From a virus, in the IMG/VR virus record IMGVR_UViG_3300027749_000040, positions 110,471-174,470 of that record: a stretch of DNA of 64,000 bases. The stretch is one strand, 5' to 3'. Positions 18,656 through 28,632 of this stretch are shown here, one piece after another. Below the pieces are notes generated by a model that saw only the letters and a list, made by a program, of their open reading frames with translations, did no database searches and was not told the DNA's origin. Every line of letters starts with the position of its first letter. Within the stretch, counting starts at the first letter, position 1. The position numbers and the translations under genes are program-made.

Positions 18656-18685
18656 AAATCCGAGATTTATTCTCGGATTTTTTTT
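18656..18685 (+). terminator. Rho-independent terminator
   Basis: AAATCCGAGA-TTTAT-TCTCGGATTT followed by a T-tract. Confidence 0.88.
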
Positions 18686-18689
18686 GCCT

Positions 18690-18696
18690 CTAAATA
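18690..18696 (+). promoter_or_regulatory. T4-late-type promoter (CTAAATA)
   Basis: 5 nt before ATG 18702. Confidence 0.6.
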
Positions 18697-18701
18697 CACA
18701 T

Positions 18702-19157
18702 ATGAGTTTTAAAATAAGTTGCTATACATTATTTGATATCACGCAGACAGGTGTTATTAATCGTTCCAGACCCGGAACAGACGATGATCCTGAAGTATGG
18801 TTACATAGAAGAAACACGCAATGTAATTTTGATACAATAGTGCAAGCAGTATCATTGAGGTCACAGCCAGAGAATATTACTATTCCTGTGCTTAATAAAA
18901 TTAAGTTAAATGAATTTGATAGTTTTGGTTTTCTTTTTGAAGAAGATATTGAAATAAATTGCTGGACCTTTGATTTTACTGTTCAACATGCCAGTGTATA
19001 CCATGATGGAATAACTGATTTGGGTTCATTATATTCAGATTGTGACCAAGTTCCAATGATAAAGACAAGTAAAGCCTGGGATAAACTACCAGTATTTTTG
19101 GATAGTTCGGATGAACTTAGAAACATTTATTTTAAGGTGGTCGAAAATGATGAATGA
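18702..19157 (+). CDS. Hypothetical protein
   Basis: Start moved to ATG 18702 (MSFKISCYTLFDITQTG). Confidence 0.75.
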   Translation: MSFKISCYTLFDITQTGVINRSRPGTDDDPEVWLHRRNTQCNFDTIVQAVSLRSQPENITIPVLNKIKLNEFDSFGFLFEEDIEINCWTFDFTVQHASVYHDGITDLGSLYSDCDQVPMIKTSKAWDKLPVFLDSSDELRNIYFKVVENDE

Positions 19158-19632
19158 TATTGAACTAGAACGAAAATTTAACAGAATGATTTCTACAAAA
19201 GAAATCAATGAGTTGCAAGATGTTTCTATTTTTGAAATGACTAAGGATAATTATGTCGTATTCAAACAATACCGTATAAAGAAAAAGTCCAAAACAGACA
19301 TTGATGTTTGTTTGACAAACGGAGATTTGGTGCATTCTTTTTCTAGTATGCGTAATGCTATTTGTTGGTGCATTTTTGACAAACGTGGCAAATATGTTAT
19401 GGCTGATAGAATAATAACATTAGACAGGTGTATCTCTAATGAAGAGGTCCAAATGTCAATTCATAAAAACTTATTCAAAAAATCAAAAAAAACAGAGGAT
19501 AAATTAATATTCCTAGCAAAATTGAACGAGGACCAGTTTAGACGCAGTACAATGCATCGAGAATTAGAGAGTTATGTGGGACAGTCTGACTATTGGCAGA
19601 AGCATCAGTTTAAATTAAAAACCGCACATTAA
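19147..19632 (+). CDS. Hypothetical protein
   Basis: SD AAGGTGG, ATG 19147. Confidence 0.7.
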   Translation: MMNDIELERKFNRMISTKEINELQDVSIFEMTKDNYVVFKQYRIKKKSKTDIDVCLTNGDLVHSFSSMRNAICWCIFDKRGKYVMADRIITLDRCISNEEVQMSIHKNLFKKSKKTEDKLIFLAKLNEDQFRRSTMHRELESYVGQSDYWQKHQFKLKTAH

Positions 19633-19677
19633 AGCCAAAAGTGATAAATACTTTATATTAGTCTTGGGACCACAACT

Positions 19678-20400
19678 ATGAAATTAACAGATTTTGACAA
19701 ACAACCAGTATACAGTGCTCAAAGAGCATTAAAAGAGCATTATGGCACATCCATTGATGTTAGCAGAATGACTTATGCACAAGTGCGTAACATGCTTAGT
19801 AAAGTTCGCGGCTTGATGAGTGAATCTAAAGAATCAACCAAGTTCTATGAAAGTACTGCAAACAGTTCATACATGAAACTAGTTTTTATGGAACAAGCAT
19901 TGAGCAAGCAATTTGCTTACTTAAGCACACACCGCCCGCGTATCGTTGTCGAGAATGAGGAAGTAGAAAAGTCACAGACTATTCTAGCCGCACAAGATAT
20001 GGTTGACTCTATTCAGAAGATGGTTGAGCAAGTTAGTGATATGATTGTTAAAGAACTTCCTGCATTGGTTGACTCAGTTCAATCTGAAATTGGTGTTAAC
20101 GAGAGTTCTTCCTTCAGTCAACAAGCCACAGAAGCATTGACTTCATTACAAGCCGCATTGACACAAAGCCAAGGCACAATGAAAGACGCTGTAAATGGTA
20201 TTACTGGTCAAGGTGATATGGGTGCATTTGACGGCGCCGATGATATGAGTACTGATATCGGTGGTGATTTAGGTGGTGAAGAAGATTTCAACATGGATGC
20301 AACTGAAGAACTGCCGGACGGCGGCGAAGAAGAAGTTGACCTAAACATGGGTGACGAAGAACCAGAAGATTTAGGTTCTGTAGGCCGCGCCAAAAGATAA
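19678..20400 (+). CDS. Coiled-coil protein with acidic C-terminus, possible prohead/core component
   Basis: Late promoter GATAAATA 19643-19650; helical heptads; D/E-rich tail. Confidence 0.55.
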   Translation: MKLTDFDKQPVYSAQRALKEHYGTSIDVSRMTYAQVRNMLSKVRGLMSESKESTKFYESTANSSYMKLVFMEQALSKQFAYLSTHRPRIVVENEEVEKSQTILAAQDMVDSIQKMVEQVSDMIVKELPALVDSVQSEIGVNESSSFSQQATEALTSLQAALTQSQGTMKDAVNGITGQGDMGAFDGADDMSTDIGGDLGGEEDFNMDATEELPDGGEEEVDLNMGDEEPEDLGSVGRAKR

Positions 20401-20401
20401 T

Positions 20402-20722
20402 ATGAGACTCTTTGAGTTTGACACTAGTCCACTATTAGTTGGGTTGGTTGCAACGACCAGCCAACTAACCAGTGAAATCAATGCTGGTAAAGTTAAACCA
20501 AATTGGACCGTTCCAGAACTCTTGCAATATTATAGAGATAATGATATCATTATTGATAAGTCAGATTTGTACAACATGATTAAAAATCCTCCATTGAACA
20601 AATATATTACCAACATACAAGGTGATAGTATTGTGTTTAAAGGACAAACAGAAGGTGGCGAGCAAGCTCCCGATGAAAGCAAAAAAGTTGTACAACAAAT
20701 GGCCAAACAAGCAATGAAATAA
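20402..20722 (+). CDS. Hypothetical protein
   Basis: 106 aa, starts MRLFEF. Confidence 0.7.
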   Translation: MRLFEFDTSPLLVGLVATTSQLTSEINAGKVKPNWTVPELLQYYRDNDIIIDKSDLYNMIKNPPLNKYITNIQGDSIVFKGQTEGGEQAPDESKKVVQQMAKQAMK

Positions 20723-21580
20723 ATGAAAAAACTTATGGTATGTGGCTGTAGCTTCAGCGCAGTCAGCACTAAAGAAGAATATAACGGTACAGCGTGGAGC
20801 GAAATTCTAGTAGATAAATTAGGCTGGAACTTACAAAATATTGCTCGACAGGGTTGCAGTAACGGTGGTATTAGAATTCAAATTGATGAGGTACTCAGAC
20901 AAAAACCTGATTTTGCTATTATCACCCCTACCTCATATGACAGAATAGAAATTCCTAATTTTATTAAGGAAAAGACTAAACTTGATTTTAGTAAGTTGAC
21001 ACATATCTTGATGGATATGTTGTTGCGACCTGTAATATATGACACTTTTAAAAAAGATGATGGTAAGTCATATTACAAAGATGCAGGCTTAGATAATATA
21101 AATTATGGTAATAATTATTCTAGGTTGATAGTAGAAACCATACACTCATTGGCAGATAATCACCATCATCCATATAGACTTAATCAACCTGTCCTGCCTG
21201 AAGTGCAAACAGCATTAGAAATGTATATTAATTACATATATGATGGTTCTTGGAAAAGACAAATGGATGAATGGATTATACGAGATGGGCTAGTTCAATT
21301 ACAAGCAAATAATATACCATTTTTAATCAACACCGGTTACTCATTGTGGCCCCATATTAACTATATGAAAGAAGCATTAACTAATGTGATTGATGAGATA
21401 TATATATTGGATGATGATAAAAAAAATCCTTACAGCGTGTTTTGCATTATGCCCCCACCTGGCTCTACTCCAAAAGATCCATATGGCCCAAATGATCCCG
21501 GCTATCATACTAGCATAGAAGGTCAGCAATTTATAGCAGATGGATTTTATAATATTATCAAGAACCGTTGGGGCCTATAA
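20723..21580 (+). CDS. SGNH-like hypothetical protein
   Basis: MVCGCSFS, NIARQGCSN, DPGYHTS..GQ..IA. Confidence 0.6.
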   Translation: MKKLMVCGCSFSAVSTKEEYNGTAWSEILVDKLGWNLQNIARQGCSNGGIRIQIDEVLRQKPDFAIITPTSYDRIEIPNFIKEKTKLDFSKLTHILMDMLLRPVIYDTFKKDDGKSYYKDAGLDNINYGNNYSRLIVETIHSLADNHHHPYRLNQPVLPEVQTALEMYINYIYDGSWKRQMDEWIIRDGLVQLQANNIPFLINTGYSLWPHINYMKEALTNVIDEIYILDDDKKNPYSVFCIMPPPGSTPKDPYGPNDPGYHTSIEGQQFIADGFYNIIKNRWGL

Positions 21581-21583
21581 ATA
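21576..21583 (+). promoter_or_regulatory. T4 late promoter consensus TATAAATA
   Basis: Exact consensus 5 nt before ATG 21589. Confidence 0.7.
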
Positions 21584-21588
21584 CATCT

Positions 21589-21909
21589 ATGATAACACTG
21601 ACCGATAAAGCCGCAAAAAAGGTTAATCAAACCCTTACAAAACGAGGTACGGGCGTAGGTATAAGAATAGGTGTTAAAACAACAGGTTGTTCTGGTCTAG
21701 CATATGTACTTGAATATGTAGATAATCCAAATGAAACTGATATAAGAGTAGACTGTAGCGGATGTATCTTCTATGTCGATCCCAAAAGCATTCCATACGT
21801 ACAGGGCATGACTGTAGATTTTGTACGCAATGGATTAAATGAAGGTTTTGAATTTAATAATCCAAACGAGAGAGACCGTTGTGGATGCGGGGAAAGTTTC
21901 AGAGTATAA
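21589..21909 (+). CDS. iscA: Iron-sulfur cluster assembly accessory protein IscA (HesB family)
   Basis: MITLTDKAA...KTTGCSGLAY...NPNERDRCGCGESF. Confidence 0.95.
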   Translation: MITLTDKAAKKVNQTLTKRGTGVGIRIGVKTTGCSGLAYVLEYVDNPNETDIRVDCSGCIFYVDPKSIPYVQGMTVDFVRNGLNEGFEFNNPNERDRCGCGESFRV

Positions 21910-22797
21910 ATGTACCTTGCAACAGTGACTTGTAATAGAGATTTTCAGCAAATGTTATTACAAGCTGAAAGCATTCAACGATTTTTAAATCCATGCAAGC
22001 ATGTAATTATCATCAATGAATCGAATCCTGATTTAGATTTTTGGAATAGATGGTTAAAACCATATTATTCCCAGCATGAATTAGTAATTATTCCTAGAAT
22101 TGAATATGCATATCCATCTAGTTGCATAGGAACAAGAGATGTTTACGGGGAGGTCGATCAGATAAGTAATGGCTGGAGAACTCAACAACTACAAAAAATG
22201 CTATTGGCATATAAATTTGAAGACGATTATTTATTATTAGATTCTAAAAACTTTTTTATAAAACCAACAGACCTTGCTGAATGGGATAATTGTATAGGCA
22301 GCGGTAGTTTTTTAGGATTTGGTTCAATGCATAATTTTGTAGGAACTTATAAAAAATATACAGAATTATTTGAATATGAACTTGAATATTATATAGGGCC
22401 ACACACTCCCTTTAAAGTCAAACGAGAACCACTAGTATCAAAATGTAAACTAAGTGAATTGGGGTATCAATTATTTTATCCTGAATATAGTAGGAAGCCG
22501 GCTTCTGAGGGTATTTTTTATTCTTTTCTAGTACGTGATGAAATTACTCAACAGGTAGGAACACATTTTAAAAAAAATATAACTATATGGGGAGATGAAA
22601 AATCTACTCTTACTAAAAAATTATTTCAAATATTGATGGACAATGATATCAAAGTAGTTGGATTGCACAGAGAAATCTTATCAACTATGACTGAACAAGA
22701 TACAAAAATAGTAGAATTTTGGCTTAACTCAACTGGAAAAATAGGATTAGGCTTTACTAATAAAATATACCCTATGCCAAGAGACTCACACGTATAG
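21910..22797 (+). CDS. DUF6492-like putative nucleotide-sugar transferase
   Basis: GWRTQQLQKML...YLLLDSKNFFIKP. Confidence 0.55.
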   Translation: MYLATVTCNRDFQQMLLQAESIQRFLNPCKHVIIINESNPDLDFWNRWLKPYYSQHELVIIPRIEYAYPSSCIGTRDVYGEVDQISNGWRTQQLQKMLLAYKFEDDYLLLDSKNFFIKPTDLAEWDNCIGSGSFLGFGSMHNFVGTYKKYTELFEYELEYYIGPHTPFKVKREPLVSKCKLSELGYQLFYPEYSRKPASEGIFYSFLVRDEITQQVGTHFKKNITIWGDEKSTLTKKLFQILMDNDIKVVGLHREILSTMTEQDTKIVEFWLNSTGKIGLGFTNKIYPMPRDSHV

Positions 22798-22811
22798 TGC
22801 GCCCTTTAAGC

Positions 22812-22839
22812 TTTACAACTTATTATAATAGTGTACAAT
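22812..22839 (+). promoter_or_regulatory. sigma70-type promoter, probably leaderless
   Basis: TTTACA-N16-TACAAT; ATG 22846 is 6 nt downstream. Confidence 0.55.
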
Positions 22840-22845
22840 AATACA

Positions 22846-23532
22846 ATGTATATACCAAACAAATATAATTATGTCCCTTTACTTAGAGAAACAATCAACG
22901 GTTCTAGAAAATATGCTACACCGGATGGTGAAAAATTACCTAGTGTCACTACAATACTAGACTTCACTAAATCAGAAGAATCTAAACAAGCATTACAAAA
23001 CTGGCGCAAGCGTGTTGGCACTCAGAAAGCTCAAGAAATCACTACAGAAGCCGCAGGTCGCGGAACTCGTATGCACAAGTGGATCGAGGATTACATAAAA
23101 ACAGGAATTATCAATGAGCCCGGAAGTAATCCTTATAGCCAGCAGAGCCATAAAATGGCCCAATCAATCATTTCTCAGGGCCTTAGTAAATGCAATGAAT
23201 ATTGGGGAACGGAAGTTCCCCTCTATTATCCAAAAATTTACGCAGGTACTACAGACTTAGCAGGGGTGCATGATGGTAATGAAGCTATCATGGACCACAA
23301 GCAAACAAACAAACCAAAGAAACGTGAATGGATTGATGACTACTTTGTTCAATTAGCGGCTTATGCTAATGCTCACAATGAAGTACATGGTACTAAGATC
23401 CGTAAAGGGGTTATTTTTATGTGTGATCCTACTTGCTTATATCAGGAATTCATTATAGAAGGTAGTGAATTCGACAAATACACTGATATGTGGTTCAAAA
23501 GAGTTGAACAGTACTATACACAGTTCCTATAA
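22846..23532 (+). CDS. PD-(D/E)xK exonuclease (RecB/Cas4-like phage exonuclease)
   Basis: LPSVTTIL, GTRMH, E...YAGTTD, IMDHKQ, QLAAYA. Confidence 0.85.
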   Translation: MYIPNKYNYVPLLRETINGSRKYATPDGEKLPSVTTILDFTKSEESKQALQNWRKRVGTQKAQEITTEAAGRGTRMHKWIEDYIKTGIINEPGSNPYSQQSHKMAQSIISQGLSKCNEYWGTEVPLYYPKIYAGTTDLAGVHDGNEAIMDHKQTNKPKKREWIDDYFVQLAAYANAHNEVHGTKIRKGVIFMCDPTCLYQEFIIEGSEFDKYTDMWFKRVEQYYTQFL

Positions 23533-23540
23533 TAAAAATT

Positions 23541-23577
23541 GATAAATAAGTGTAAATCTGTAAAGAATTACACTTAT
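23541..23577 (+). promoter_or_regulatory. Late promoter overlapping a hairpin that covers the start codon
   Basis: GATAAATA 23541-23548; inverted repeat ATAAGTGTAA (23546-23555) / TTACACTTAT (23568-23577). Confidence 0.7.
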
Positions 23578-25831
23578 GGCAATCATTCAAATCTCGAAAA
23601 TTCAGCAACGATCAGGTAATCTGGTTGATTTGCCACAACTAGATGAAGCACAATTCGGTTGGGCAAGTGACGCCAAACGACTGTTCATCGGTAAAACCAC
23701 TCCTAATGAAAACATCGAAGTATTAACTTCTTATTCTAACATTAGTTTTAGTCAAATTGATGGATCAGATGGTGGTAATTTTAATATTTCAACTGCTACT
23801 AGCGGTCAAGTTTTGACATATGTTGGTACTACTAACACATGGGAAAATTGGCCCAGCACTGACATTCTGACTGCAAACGCTAACTTCAAACTTGATTTGG
23901 GTGACGTTGGCAACATTAAAATGGATGGCGGCGCAACCGGTTATGTGCTAGAAACTGATGGTGTGGGTAATGTATCTTGGACTAGCAAAGGCACACTACG
24001 GACTAGTATTGTAGCTTTATCAAATGCTACACCGGTGATTATGACAGTAGCGAATACCACACCATATACTAATGGTTTGGCAGTCACTATTAGTGGCGCA
24101 AACGCTACCAATGCAAATACTATTGTTAACGGTCAAACCTTTTATGTAAAGGTTGCAGTTGATTTCCCCACATCAGGTAATGCCGCACTGTATCAGACTC
24201 AAGATTTGGCAAATGCAAATGCAGTAGTAGGTACAACTTTAGGTACATATACTGCCAATTCAGGTATCGCTACCGCACTTATTAGCGGTGGGGGTGTATC
24301 TAATGCAGGTGGTTCTGTAAATACAATTCAATTTAATAATTCAGGTGTACTAGACGGTTCTGCTAATTTTACAATCACCGGTGGTAGTCTAGTTACATTA
24401 AATGGCAATTTTAGCGCAAGCAATATAGCAGGTGGAAATTTAGTAACTGCTAGTTTTGTAGCAGGTACCTTAATAACTTCCGCACAACCAAACATCACTT
24501 CAACTGGTACCTTAGCAGGTATTGTTGTTGCGGGTAACATTACTCCAAATGCAAACATTACATATAGTTTAGGAAATAACACAAACAGATTCCGTGATTT
24601 GTATCTAGCTAACAGTACAATATATATTGGTGCACAAACAATCAGTGCTAACACCTCATCAGTTATTATCTCGGGAAATCTTGTTGCTAATATAGTAGGT
24701 AATGTTTCTGGAAATACAACGACAGCAGGCACTGTAACAACGAATGCACAACCAAACATTACGAGTGTTGGTACATTAACATCTGTCTCAGTTTCTGGAA
24801 ATGCAAATATTGGAAATATTGGCACAGGTGGTTTAATTACTGCCACCGGCAATATTTCTGGTGCAAACATTAATGGTACTTTCTATGGTGCTGGTACAGG
24901 ATTGACAAGTATACCCGGCGCCAATGTGTCAGGTACTGTAGCAAATGCAACATATGCAATAACCGCCGGGACAGCATACAGTGTGGCTGCCGGCAATATA
25001 TCCGGAACAGTTAATTTAGCGAATTATGCGACAACAGCAAATGCTGTAGCAGGCGCTAATGTGTCAGGTACTGTAGCAAATGCAACTTACGCAACAAGTG
25101 CAGGAAGTGCAACAACAGCGGGTACTGTAACAACTAACAATCAACCAAATATTACTTCAGTTGGTACACTAACTTCTGTTTCAGTATCCGGTAATTCTAC
25201 TGCGGGTAATTTAATAACAGGTGGTGTTGTTAGTGCTACTGGCAATGCTAGCGTACTTGGCATTAAGACTGACAACTATTATTATGCTAATGGTGTAGCA
25301 ATCAGTTTTGACGGAGCATATAGCAATTCAAATGTTGCGGCATACTTGCCTACGTTTACTGGTACTGTGGGTGCAACCACATTAACAACTGGTGCTAATA
25401 CAACATTGGGGAACATTACTGGTAACTGGCAACTTACTGCGGGTTCACGATTGAATTCAACATATGCTGACTTGGCAGAATATTATGAGGCTGATGCTGA
25501 ATACAAACCGGGTACTGTGTTGGAGTTTGGTGGAGAAAAGGAAGTCACCATCGCTAAAGACGGTACTAATAAAGTAGCAGGCGTAGTATCAACTAACCCA
25601 GCATATGCTATGAATGCAAACTGTCAAGGTATTGCTGTAGCTATTGCACTACAAGGTCGTGTACCAACCAAAGTGTGTGGTACAATAAGTAAAGGTGACA
25701 TGTTAGTGTCAGGTGGTGATGGCTATGCTAGATCAAGTTCAGCACCATATATGGGAACAGTCATCGGTAAATCATTAGAAAACTTTGATGGTATAGAAGG
25801 TATCATTGAAGTAGCAGTCGGTAGATTATAA
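23576..25831 (+). CDS. Tail fibre/spike protein with C-terminal autocleaving chaperone (peptidase G2/IMC-like)
   Basis: N-terminal anchor IQQRSG...AQFGWASD..RLFIG; AQPNITSVGTL repeats; C-terminal TYADLAEYY...GVVST.P...GRVP.KV. Confidence 0.75.
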   Translation: MAIIQISKIQQRSGNLVDLPQLDEAQFGWASDAKRLFIGKTTPNENIEVLTSYSNISFSQIDGSDGGNFNISTATSGQVLTYVGTTNTWENWPSTDILTANANFKLDLGDVGNIKMDGGATGYVLETDGVGNVSWTSKGTLRTSIVALSNATPVIMTVANTTPYTNGLAVTISGANATNANTIVNGQTFYVKVAVDFPTSGNAALYQTQDLANANAVVGTTLGTYTANSGIATALISGGGVSNAGGSVNTIQFNNSGVLDGSANFTITGGSLVTLNGNFSASNIAGGNLVTASFVAGTLITSAQPNITSTGTLAGIVVAGNITPNANITYSLGNNTNRFRDLYLANSTIYIGAQTISANTSSVIISGNLVANIVGNVSGNTTTAGTVTTNAQPNITSVGTLTSVSVSGNANIGNIGTGGLITATGNISGANINGTFYGAGTGLTSIPGANVSGTVANATYAITAGTAYSVAAGNISGTVNLANYATTANAVAGANVSGTVANATYATSAGSATTAGTVTTNNQPNITSVGTLTSVSVSGNSTAGNLITGGVVSATGNASVLGIKTDNYYYANGVAISFDGAYSNSNVAAYLPTFTGTVGATTLTTGANTTLGNITGNWQLTAGSRLNSTYADLAEYYEADAEYKPGTVLEFGGEKEVTIAKDGTNKVAGVVSTNPAYAMNANCQGIAVAIALQGRVPTKVCGTISKGDMLVSGGDGYARSSSAPYMGTVIGKSLENFDGIEGIIEVAVGRL

Positions 25832-25859
25832 GAATAAATATAATATAGGAATATTTAAA

Positions 25860-26414
25860 ATGGCATCATATGTATATACACCAAGTTCAGCAGTAACAAC
25901 ATCAGCAATCATTGCTACCGATAAAGTACAAATTGCTACAACTGATACTGCAATTCAATACACAACTAGTTTCCCCAATGTAGCATTGACTGGAACAATT
26001 ACCTGTGCCACTAATACTACAACTGTTACGGGATCAGGTACATTATTCTTATCAGAACTTAACGTTGGTGCATGGATTGGAAACACAGCAGGTAGTACTG
26101 CGGGTATTGTAAAAGGAATTGCTAATAATACAAGCCTAACATTAACTGCTAATTCAGTTGTGGCAATTAGTAATGCAACAGCAAGATATAGTCCATACGG
26201 TGTACCATATACAATAGCAGATGCTAACAGTACCATTATTCCTAAAAATACTATTAGAAATAGTATTATTGTAGGTCAAGGAAATATCGTATCATTTCTT
26301 AAAAACGGCGCAGGCGTTGATCAGATAAGTATTACTGAACTAGGTGCACCTCACGCCAATACTGGTACTACTGGTGTCTTTGCTACACCAAATTTTGGCG
26401 GTCCTACAACTTAA
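25860..26414 (+). CDS. Thr/Ala-rich virion structural protein
   Basis: Late-type AATAAATA 25833-25840, SD AGGA; VTGSGTLF beta-repeat signature. Confidence 0.6.
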   Translation: MASYVYTPSSAVTTSAIIATDKVQIATTDTAIQYTTSFPNVALTGTITCATNTTTVTGSGTLFLSELNVGAWIGNTAGSTAGIVKGIANNTSLTLTANSVVAISNATARYSPYGVPYTIADANSTIIPKNTIRNSIIVGQGNIVSFLKNGAGVDQISITELGAPHANTGTTGVFATPNFGGPTT

Positions 26415-26428
26415 TTTTACTCTTTTTT

Positions 26429-26520
26429 GATAAATATAACATACACTCTCATTCTGAGAGTTTATGCAGTAACCCACTGCGTAGTGACTAGAACTCACTA
26501 ATTATTCAAAGGAAAAACAA
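26429..26520 (+). promoter_or_regulatory. Late promoter plus three-hairpin 5' leader
   Basis: GATAAATA; stems ACTCTCA/TGAGAGT, TATGCAGT/ACTGCGTA, TAGTGA/TCACTA; SD AAAGGA. Confidence 0.65.
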
Positions 26521-27891
26521 ATGGGACGTCCTCTAAAAATCGCAAAGGCTCAAGCAGTCTTAACAATCACAGCTACAACAGCGGCAACAGGTGCCGTTAC
26601 AGTATCTCAAAGTCTTACAACAGCTGGTATTATCGCAGGTATGCCATTCGTAATAGCATCCAATGTTGGTAATTTAGTTACTGCAACAACATACTACGTT
26701 TTAGTAGTTATTGACGCAAATAACTTTACAGTTTCCGCTACTGACCTAAGTGCAAATACAACACGCACAGCAGTTACATTGTCTGACACAACTGGTCAAT
26801 CAGTATCAGCTTCAGTTGGTGTGGTTGATGCATACTTCAACAACCCAGACGGTGGTGCAGGTTTCCCGTCAACTAATGCTAACACATATGGTGTAGTTGG
26901 TGGTAATACATCAATCGTTGGTTCACAGGTTCTACCACGTGTCGCTATCGGTATCTCTGGTACAGGTAACATTTACTCAAGCGATGCTAGTGCATTAGTA
27001 TATGGTGCTGGCACAGACTTTGCAAACACACTTTCATCTGGTTCTGCAATTCAAGCTGTTGACGCATATGGTACAACTACTAACTTAGGATTTGCTACAG
27101 CTACATTTGGTTATGTAGCAGTTGCAGTTGCTAATACAGTTGTTTCTGGAAACGTCATTGGTACAACGGGTAATGCATTGACATTGGCAGTTAATCAGCC
27201 AGTATCGTTCAGTGCTAACTTAGGTACATTAGTTACAGGTACAACATACTTTGTTAATTCAACTCCTAACGCAGCCGCATTCACTGTTTCTGCCTCATTA
27301 GGCGGTGCGCCAAAAGTTATGAGTGCCGCAACCGGCACACCAAATGCATTGCAAGATAGCATTACATTGGGAGCAAACGCATCAGCAACTATCACCGGTG
27401 TAGGTCAGAATTATGTTTATGCAAATGACGAAGCAGGTTTCATCTTGCGTCAAAAAGGTAAAACAAAGTATCTAGTACAAGGTGGTACAACTGGTTTAAT
27501 TGCACAATGTTTTACTGCAAATGTAGCTAATACAGCATTAACACCAAATACAATGAACATCTTGTCTACCGATGCAGCCTCTGGTACAGCATTTGTTTCA
27601 AGTATTAATGATTACAACAGTGAAATCTTCCCAACGCAAGTTGCAGCCGGCTCATTGTCAGTAGGTACATTGTATACAATTTACTCTAGTGGTACAACAG
27701 ATTGGTCAGTATGCGGTGCGGCATCTAATATGACAGGTGTTACATTCCTTGCTACAGCCGCAGGTACTGGTACAGGTACTGCTGTTGTTAATAGTGTTAA
27801 CCCTGATGTTATCGCTACATTCAATACTGCATATGCCGCTAATACATACGCAGGTCAACCTAACCCAATCGTAACTATTGCGAGTGCATGA
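26521..27891 (+). CDS. Virion structural protein (fibre/decoration-like)
   Basis: 456 aa, A/T/G-rich; two related G.LVT..TY(Y/F)V.......FTVS modules. Confidence 0.65.
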   Translation: MGRPLKIAKAQAVLTITATTAATGAVTVSQSLTTAGIIAGMPFVIASNVGNLVTATTYYVLVVIDANNFTVSATDLSANTTRTAVTLSDTTGQSVSASVGVVDAYFNNPDGGAGFPSTNANTYGVVGGNTSIVGSQVLPRVAIGISGTGNIYSSDASALVYGAGTDFANTLSSGSAIQAVDAYGTTTNLGFATATFGYVAVAVANTVVSGNVIGTTGNALTLAVNQPVSFSANLGTLVTGTTYFVNSTPNAAAFTVSASLGGAPKVMSAATGTPNALQDSITLGANASATITGVGQNYVYANDEAGFILRQKGKTKYLVQGGTTGLIAQCFTANVANTALTPNTMNILSTDAASGTAFVSSINDYNSEIFPTQVAAGSLSVGTLYTIYSSGTTDWSVCGAASNMTGVTFLATAAGTGTGTAVVNSVNPDVIATFNTAYAANTYAGQPNPIVTIASA

Positions 27892-28205
27892 TCATGACAA
27901 CAGGTAGAACTATTAAAATGCCAAAAACTGAAACCGATATAGCAGTTCTTCAAGTAGAAGTTCAAAACATAACCGATGATATTCGTGAGATAAAAACAGA
28001 TATCAAAGATATACACGTTGAAATGGTTAAAAACAACGATGATACTAGGGGGATGTTAAAGAGCATGAAAGACGCTAGTTCGACCGCACATCAGGCTATG
28101 TCTGACAAAATCACCGCATTAGAAAAATGGAGATGGATGATGATGGGCGCCGGAGTTGTAATAGGATCACTTGGGTTTGATACAATAGCAAAATTGCTAA
28201 AATAA
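27888..28205 (+). CDS. Coiled-coil protein with C-terminal TM helix (XhlA/holin-like)
   Basis: Heptad repeat followed by KWRWMMMGAGVVIGSLG. Confidence 0.5.
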   Translation: MIMTTGRTIKMPKTETDIAVLQVEVQNITDDIREIKTDIKDIHVEMVKNNDDTRGMLKSMKDASSTAHQAMSDKITALEKWRWMMMGAGVVIGSLGFDTIAKLLK

Positions 28206-28231
28206 AAAAAGAGACTTAGGTCTCTTTTTTT
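28204..28231. terminator. Bidirectional Rho-independent terminator
   Basis: A7-GAGAC-TTAG-GTCTC-T7 between convergent genes. Confidence 0.9.
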
Positions 28232-28632
28232 GTAAGTGCGTGTAGTTTCTTCTGAACAACGTCAAAGTTAACCGTGTTAAACAATCCCGGATGTAATGGT
28301 TTAGGATATTGCTTATTACCCACCCAAGCATAACCACAATGCTCGTCATTTAATATAGGGGTAAACTCATTCGTTACTTTACAAAAGAATGTATGATATG
28401 TAAAAGTTTTATTTACGAATTTTTGAATAGGTATTAATTTTGCATTATTTGGAAAGTAGTTTATTTCTTCTATACACTCACGCTGTAACCCTTCAAGTAG
28501 TGTTTCATCAACTTCTATCTTGCCACCGGGTATACCCCAGTTATCAGGGTTTTTACTATCATTTCTTAACAGATATAAGAAACGATCAGTAATTGTAGAA
28601 TAGAAAAAAACACCTGCAGAAATATTGCTCAT
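28216..28632 (-). CDS. Nudix hydrolase
   Basis: Nudix box GGKIEVDETLLEGLQRECIEEI; start ATG 28632, 5 nt after GATAAATC. Confidence 0.9.
   Translation of the reverse strand: MSNISAGVFFYSTITDRFLYLLRNDSKNPDNWGIPGGKIEVDETLLEGLQRECIEEINYFPNNAKLIPIQKFVNKTFTYHTFFCKVTNEFTPILNDEHCGYAWVGNKQYPKPLHPGLFNTVNFDVVQKKLHALTKKET

Noticed and set aside
22846-23532. Cas4-like nuclease as part of a CRISPR-Cas system
   Set aside because: No repeat-spacer array or other cas genes, and no four-Cys Fe-S motif; fits an ordinary phage exonuclease.
25835-25857. TAAATAT/ATATTTA stem around the SD of the 25860 gene as another translational switch
   Set aside because: Seven A-T pairs only; likely by chance in AT-rich DNA and too weak to claim.
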